Positions 55,001-64,000 of a stretch of DNA of 64,000 nucleotides are shown here, in pieces. The translations under genes and the position numbers were made by a program. The stretch covers positions 12,710,001 to 12,774,000 of the forward strand of contig OZ024741.1 in assembly GCA_964016885.1 (NCBI GenBank), written 5' to 3'. Every line of letters starts with the position of its first letter. Positions within the stretch are counted from its first letter, which is position 1. Source of the stretch: Eledone cirrhosa. Taxonomy: Eukaryota. The notes beneath the pieces are model-generated. The model was not told the DNA's origin. It saw nothing but the letters and a program-made list of their open reading frames with translations, and searched no databases.

Positions 55001-58000
55001 ACACACACACAAAACTACTGAGTTACATACACACACATCTACTGAGTTACATACAAACATCTACTGAGTTACATACACACATCTACTGAGTTACATAAAC
55101 ACGCATCTACTGAGTTACATACACACATCTACTGAGTTACATACACACACATCTACTGTGTTACTTACACACACATCTACTGAGTTACATACACACACAT
55201 CTACTGAGTTACATACACACATATCTACAGAGTTACATACACACATATCTACAGAGTTACATACACACACATCTACAGAGTTACATACACACACATCTAC
55301 AGAGTTACATACACACACATCTACAGAGTTACATACACACACATCTACAGAGTTACATACACACACATCTACAGAGTTACATACACACACATCTACAGAG
55401 TTACATACACACACATCTACAGAGTTACATACACACACATCCACAGAGTTACATACACACACATCCACAGAGTTACATACACACACATCTACTGAGTTAC
55501 ATACACACACATCTACTGAGTTACATACACACACATCTACTGAGTTACATACACACACATCTACTGAGTTACATACACACACATCTACAGAGTTACATAC
55601 ACACACATCTACAGAGTTACATACACACACATCTACAGAGTTACATACACACACATCTACAGAGTTACATACACACACATCTACAGAGTTACATACACAC
55701 ACATCTACAGAGTTACATACACACACATCCACAGAGTTACATACACACACATCCACAGAGTTACATACACACACATCTACTGAGTTACATACACACACAT
55801 CTACAGAGTTACATACACACACATCTACAGTTACATACACTCACATCTACTGAGTTACATACACACACATCTACTGTGTCACACACACATCTACTGAGTT
55901 ACATACACACACATCTACTGTGTTACATACACACACATCTACTGTGTTACATACACACACATCTACTGAGTTATATACACACATCTACTGAGTTACACAC
56001 ACATATTTACTGAGTTACATACACACACCTCTGCTGAGTTACATACACACACCTACTGAGTTACATACACACATCAACTGAGTTAGATACACACACATCT
56101 AATGAGTTAGATACACACACATCTACTGAGTTACATACACACACATCTACTGAGTTACATACACACACATCTACTGAGTTACATACACACACATCTACTG
56201 AGTTACATACACACATATCTACTGAGTTACATACACACATCTACTGAGTTACATACTCATATTTACTGAGTTACATACACACACATCTACTGAGTTACAT
56301 ATTTACTGAGTTACATACACACACCTACTGAGTTACATACACACATCAACTGAGTTACATACACGCATATCTACAGAGTCACATACATACATCTACTGAG
56401 TTAGATACACACATCAACCGAGTTACATACATACACATCTACTGTGTTACATACACACACATCTACTGAGTTACATACATACATCTACTGAGTTACATAC
56501 ACACAAAACTACTGAGTTACATACACACACATCTACAGAGTTATATACACACACATCTACTGAGTAACATACACACACATCTACTGTGTTACATACACAC
56601 ACCTCTGCTGAGTTACATATTTACTGAGTTACATACACACACCTACTGTGTTACATACACACATCAACTGAGTTACATACACACATCAACCGAGTTACAT
56701 ACACACATCAACCGAGTTACATACACACATCAACCGAGTTACATACACACATCAACCGAGTTACATACACACACATCTACTGAGTTACATACACACACAT
56801 CTACTGAGTTACATACACACATATCTACAGAGTTACATACACACATATCTACAGAGTTACATACACACACATCTACAGAGTTACATACACACACATCTAC
56901 AGAGTTACATACACACACATCTACAGAGTTACATACACACACATCTACAGAGTTACATACACACACATCTACAGAGTTACATACACACACATCCACAGAG
57001 TTACATACACACACATCCACAGAGTTACATACACACACATCCACAGAGTTACATACACACACATCCACAGAGTTACATACACACACATCTACTGAGCTAC
57101 ATACACACACATCTACTGAGTTACATACACACACATCTACTGAGTTACATACACACACATCTACTGAGTTACATACACACACATCTACTGAGTTACATAC
57201 ACACACATCTACAGAGTTACATACACACACATCTACAGAGTTACATACACACACATCTACAGAGTTACATACACACACATCTACAGAGTTACATACACAC
57301 ACATCTACAGAGTTACATACACACACATCTACAGAGTTACATACACACACATCTAGAGAGTTACATACACACACATCCACAGAGTTACATACACACACAT
57401 CCACAGAGTTACATACACACACATCTACTGAGTTACATACACACACATCTACAGAGTTACATACACACACATCTACAGTTACATACACTCACATCTACTG
57501 AGTTACATACACACACATCTACTGTGTCACACACACATCTACTGAGTTACATACACACACATCTACTGTGTTACATACACACACATCTACTGTGTTACAT
57601 ACACACACATCTACTGAGTTATATACACACATCTACTGAGTTACACACACATATTTACTGAGTTACATACACACACCTCTGCTGAGTTACATACACACAC
57701 CTACTGAGTTACATACACACATCAACTGAGTTAGATACACACACATCTAATGAGTTAGATACACACACATCTACTGAGTTAGATACACACACATCTACTG
57801 AGTTACATACACACACATCTACTGAGTTACATACACACACATCTACTGAGTTACATACACACACATCTACTGAGTTACATACACACATATCTACTGAGTT
57901 ACATACACACATATCTACTGAGTTACATACTCATATTTACTGAGTTACATACACACACATCTACTGAGTTACATATTTACTGAGTTACATACACACACCT

Positions 58001-61000
58001 ACTGAGTTACATACACACATCAACTGAGTTACATACACGCATATCTACAGAGTCACATACATACATCTACTGAGTTAGATACACACATCAACCGAGTTAC
58101 ATACATACACATCTACTGTGTTACATACACACACATCTACTGAGTTACATACATACATCTACTGAGTTACATACACACAAAACTACTGAGTTACATACAC
58201 ACACATCTACAGAGTTATATACACACACATCTACTGAGTAACATACACACACATCTACTGTGTTACATACACACACCTCTGCTGAGTTACATATTTACTG
58301 AGTTACATACACACACCTACTGTGTTACATACACACATCAACTGAGTTACATACACACATCAACCGAGTTACATACACACATCAACCGAGTTACATACAC
58401 ACATCAACCGAGTTACATACACACACATCTACTGAGTTACATACACATACATCTCCTGAGTTACACACACACAAAACTACTGAGTTACATACACACACAT
58501 CTACTGAGTCACATACACACACATCTACTGAGTTACATACAAACATCTACTGAGTTACATACACACATCTACTGAGTTACATAAACACGCATCTACTGAG
58601 TTACATACACACATCTACTGAGTTACATACACACACATCTACTGTGTTACTTACACACACATCTACTGAGTTACATACACACACATCTACTGAGTTACAT
58701 ACACACATATCTACAGAGTTACATACACACACATCTACAGAGTTACATACACACACATCTACAGAGTTACATACACACACATCTACAGAGTTACATACAC
58801 ACACATCTACAGAGTTACATACACACACATCTACAGAGTTACATACACACACATCTACAGAGTTACATACACACACATCTACAGAGTTACATACACACAC
58901 ATCCACAGAGTTACATACACACACATCTACTGAGTTACATACACACACATCTACTGAGTTACATACACACACATCTACTGAGTTACATACACACACATCT
59001 ACTGAGTTACATACACACACATCTACTGAGTTACTTACACACACATCTACTGAGTTACATACACACACATCTACTGTGTTACATACACACACATCTACAG
59101 AGTTACATACACACACATCTACAGAGTTACATACACACACATCTACAGAGTTACATACACACACATCTACAGAGTTACATACACACACATCCACAGAGTT
59201 ACATACACACACATCTACTGAGTTACATACACACACATCTACTGAGTTACATACACACACATCTACTGAGTTACATACACACACATCTACAGAGTTACAT
59301 ACACACACATCTACAGAGTTACATACACACACATCTACAGAGTTACATACACACACATCTACAGAGTTACATACACACACATCTACAGAGTTACATACAC
59401 ACACATCTACAGAGTTACATACACACACATCTACAGAGTTACATACACACACATCTACAGAGTTACATACACACACATCTACAGAGTTACATACACACAC
59501 ATCTACAGAGTTACATACACACACATCTACAGAGTTACATACACACACATCTACAGAGTTACATACACACATCTACTGAGTTACATACACACACATCTAC
59601 TGTGTCACACACACATCTACTGAGTTACATACACACACATTTACTGTGTTACATACACACACATTTACTGTGTTACATACACACACATTTACTGTGTTAC
59701 ATACACACACATTTACTGTGTTACATACACACACATTTACTGTGTTACATACACACACATTTACTGTGTTACATACACACACATTTACTGTGTTACATAC
59801 ATACACATCTACTGTGTTACATACACACACATCTACTGAGTTTTATACACACACACCTACTGAGTTACATACACCCATCAACTGAGTTACATAGACGCAT
59901 ATCTAGAATCACATACATACATCTACTGAGTTAGATACACACATCAACCGAGTTACATACATACACATCTACTGAGTTACATACACACACATCTACTGAG
60001 TTACATACACATACATCTACTGAGTTACATACACACACATCAACTGAGATACATACACACACATCTACTGAGTAAATACACACACATCTACTGAGATACA
60101 TACACACACATCTACTGAGATACATACACACACATCTACTGAGTTGCATACACACATCTACTGAGTTACATACACACACATCTACTGAGTTACATACAAA
60201 CATCTGAGTTACATACACACACATCTACTATGTTACATACACACACACATCTACTGAGTTACATACACACATCTACTGAGTTACATACACACACATCTAC
60301 TGTGTTACATACACACACATCTACTGAGTTACATACACACATCTACTGAGTTACACACACATATTTACTGAGTTACATACACACACCTCTGCTGAGTTAC
60401 ATATTTACTGAGTTACATACACACACCTACTGAGTTACATACACACATCAACTGAGTTACATACACGCTTATCTACAGAGTCACATACATACATCAACCG
60501 AGTTACATACACACATCACACATCAACCGAGTTACATACACACACATCTACTGAGTTACATACACATACATCTCCTGAGTTACACATACACAAAACTACT
60601 GAGTTACATACACACACATCTACTGAGTTACATACACACACATCTACTGTGTTACTTACACACATATCTACAGGGTTACATACACACATATCTACAGAGT
60701 TACATACACACATATCTACAGAGTTACATACACACACATCTACAGAGTTACATACACACACATCTACAGAGTTACATACACACACATCTACAGAGTTACA
60801 TACACACACATCTACAGAGTTACATACACACACATCTACAGAGTTACATACACACACATCTACAGAGTTACATACACACACATCTACAGAGTTACATACA
60901 CACACATCTACTGAGTTACATACACACACATCTACTGAGTTACATATACACACATCTACTGAGTTACATACACACACATCTACTGAGTTACATACACACA

Positions 61001-64000
61001 CATCTACTGAGTTACATACACACACATCTACTGAGTTACATACACACACATCTACTGAGTTACATACACACACATCTACTGAGTTATATACACACATCTA
61101 CAGAGTTACATACACACACATCTACTGAGTTACATACACACACATCTACTGTGTCACATACACACACATCTACTGTGTCACATACACACACATCTACTGA
61201 GTTACATACACACACATCTACTGTGTTACATACACACACATCTACTGTGTTACATACACACACATCTACTGTGTTACATACACACACCTACTGAGTTACA
61301 TACACCCATCAACTGAGTTACATACACCCATCAACTGAGTTACATAGACGCATATCTAGAGTCACATACATACATCTACTGAGTTAGATACACACATCAA
61401 CCGAGTTACATACATACACATCTACTGAGTAACATACACACACATCGACTGAGTTACATAAACATACATCTACTTAGTTACATACACATACATCTACTTA
61501 GTTACATACACACAAAACTACTGAGTTACATACACACACATCAACTGAGATACATACACACATCTACTGAGTAAATACACACACATCTACTGAGTTACAT
61601 ACACACACATCTACTGAGTTACATACAAACATCTACTGAGTTACATACACACACATCTACTATGTTACATACACACACATCTACTGAGTTACATACACAC
61701 ATCTACTGTGTTACATACACAAACATCTACTGTGTTACATACACACACATCTACTGTGTTACATACACACACATCTACTGAGTTACATACACACACATCT
61801 ACTGAGTTACACACACATATTTACTGAGTTACATACACCCCTCTGCTGAGTTACATATTTACTGAGTTACATACGCACACCTACTGAGTTACATACACAC
61901 ATCAACTGAGTTACATACACGCTTATCTACACAGTCACATACATACATCAACCGAGTTACATACACACATCAACCGAGTTACATACACACATCAACCGAG
62001 TTACATACACACACATCTACTGAGTTACATACAAACATCTACTGAGTTACATACACACACATCTACTATGTTACATACACACACATCTACTGAGTTACAT
62101 ACACACATCTACTGTGTTACATACACAAACATCTACTGTGTTACATACACACACATCTACTGTGTTACATACACACACATCTACTGAGTTACATACACAC
62201 ATCTACTGAGTTACACACACATATTTACTGAGTTACATACACCCCTCTGCTGAGTTACATATTTACTGAGTTACATACGCACACCTACTGAGTTACATAC
62301 ACACATCAACTGAGTTACATACACACACATCTACTGAGTTACATACACACACATCTACTGAGTTACATACACACATATCTACTGAGTTACATACACACAT
62401 CTACTGAGTTACATACTCATATTTACTGAGTTACATACACACACATCTACTGAGTTACATATTTACTGAGTTACATACACACACCTACTGAGTTACATAC
62501 ACACATCAACTGAGTTACATACACGCATATCTACAGTCACATACATACATCTACTGAGTTAGATACACACATCAACCGAGTTACATACATACACATCTAC
62601 TGAGTTACATACACACATCTACTGAGTTACATACATACATCTACTGAGTTACATACACACAAAACTACTGAGTTACATACACACACATCAACTGAGATAC
62701 ATACACACACATCTACAGAGTTACATACACACACATCTACAGAGTTACATACACACACATCTACTGAGATACATACACACACATCTACAGAGTTACATAC
62801 ACACACATCTACTGAGTTACATACACACACATCTACTGAGTAACATACACACACATCTACTGAGTAACATACACACACATCTACTGTGTTACATACACAC
62901 ACCTCTGCTGAGTTACATATTTACTGAGTTACATACACACACCTACTGAGTTACATACACACATCAACTGAGTTACATACACGCTTATCTACAGAGTCAC
63001 ATACATACATCTACTGAGTTACATACACACATCAACCGAGTTACATACATACACATCTCCTGAGTTACACACACACAAAACTACTGAGTTACATACACAC
63101 ACATCAACTGAGATACATACACACATCTACAGAGTTACATACACACACATCTACTGAGTTACATACACACACATCTACTGAGTTACATACACACATCTAC
63201 TGAGTTGCATACACACACATCTACTGAGTTACACACAAACATCTACTGAGTTACATACACACACATCTACAGACTTACATACACACACATCTACTGAGTT
63301 ACATACACACATCTACTGAGTTACATACACACGCATCTACTGAGTTACATCCACACATCTACAGAGTTACATACACACACATCTACTGTGTTACTTACAC
63401 ACACATCTACTGAGTTATATACACACATCTACAGAGTTACATACACTCACATCTACTGAGTTACATACACACATCTACTGAGTTACAGACACACATCTAC
63501 TGAGTTACATACACACACATCTACTGTGTTACATACACACACATCTACTGAGTTACATACACACACATCTACTGTGTTACATACACACACATCTACTGTG
63601 TTACATACACACACATCTACTGTGTTACATACACACACATCTACTGAGTTTTATACACACACATCTACTGAGTTACATACACTCACATCTACTGAGTTAC
63701 ATACACACATCTACTGAGTTACATACACCCATCAACTGAGTTACATACACGCATATCTAGAGTCACATACATACATCTACTGAGTTAGATACACACATCA
63801 ACCGAGTTACATACATACACATCTACTGAGTTACATACACACACATCTACTGAGTTACATACACACATCAACTGAGTTACATACACACATCAACTGAGTT
63901 ACATACACGCTTATCTACAGAGTCACATACATACATCTACTGAGTTACATACACACATCAACCGAGTTACATACATACACATCTCCTGAGTTACACACAC
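37023..64000. repeat. 24-bp minisatellite CATCTACTGAGTTACATACACACA (22-, 26- and 14-bp variants), >=27 kb
   Basis: Directly visible. STELHTHT / CNSVDVCV ORFs are translations of pure 24-mer runs. Confidence 0.98.

Noticed and set aside
37023-64000. CRISPR-like array or His/Cys-rich metal-binding protein (STELHTHT / CNSVDVCV)
   Set aside because: No unique spacers and no cas genes. The frame is broken constantly by 22- and 14-bp units, and ORFs are open on both strands only in pure 24-mer runs.

Overview
AT-rich, repeat-saturated eukaryotic DNA with no intact host gene. The repeat repertoire looks cephalopod/Octopus-like (inference). From left to right: (1) a degenerate (TA)n tract; (2) a 5'-truncated, disabled Gypsy/Mag-like LTR retrotransposon (2071-5940) with one intact 3' LTR, nested in an RTE-clade LINE; (3) further RTE and SINE pieces; (4) several short palindromes and a ~1.05 kb fold-back element; (5) a hexamer-periodic low-complexity tract; (6) a ~21 kb array of ~870-920 bp satellite units with higher-order structure; (7) a ~27 kb 24-bp minisatellite running off the window end. 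The main hidden signal is three loci carrying minimal type I hammerhead-ribozyme motifs: 1689-1746 on the minus strand, 8214-8252 on the plus strand, and a head-to-head pair at 7431-7515. They are unrelated outside the core. All four motifs have U.U instead of the usual purine-pyrimidine pair at the base of stem II, and two sit in compact TATA-ribozyme-AATAAA cassettes resembling Penelope pLTR/retrozyme units. Nearly all ORFs outside 2071-7045 are repeat artefacts.
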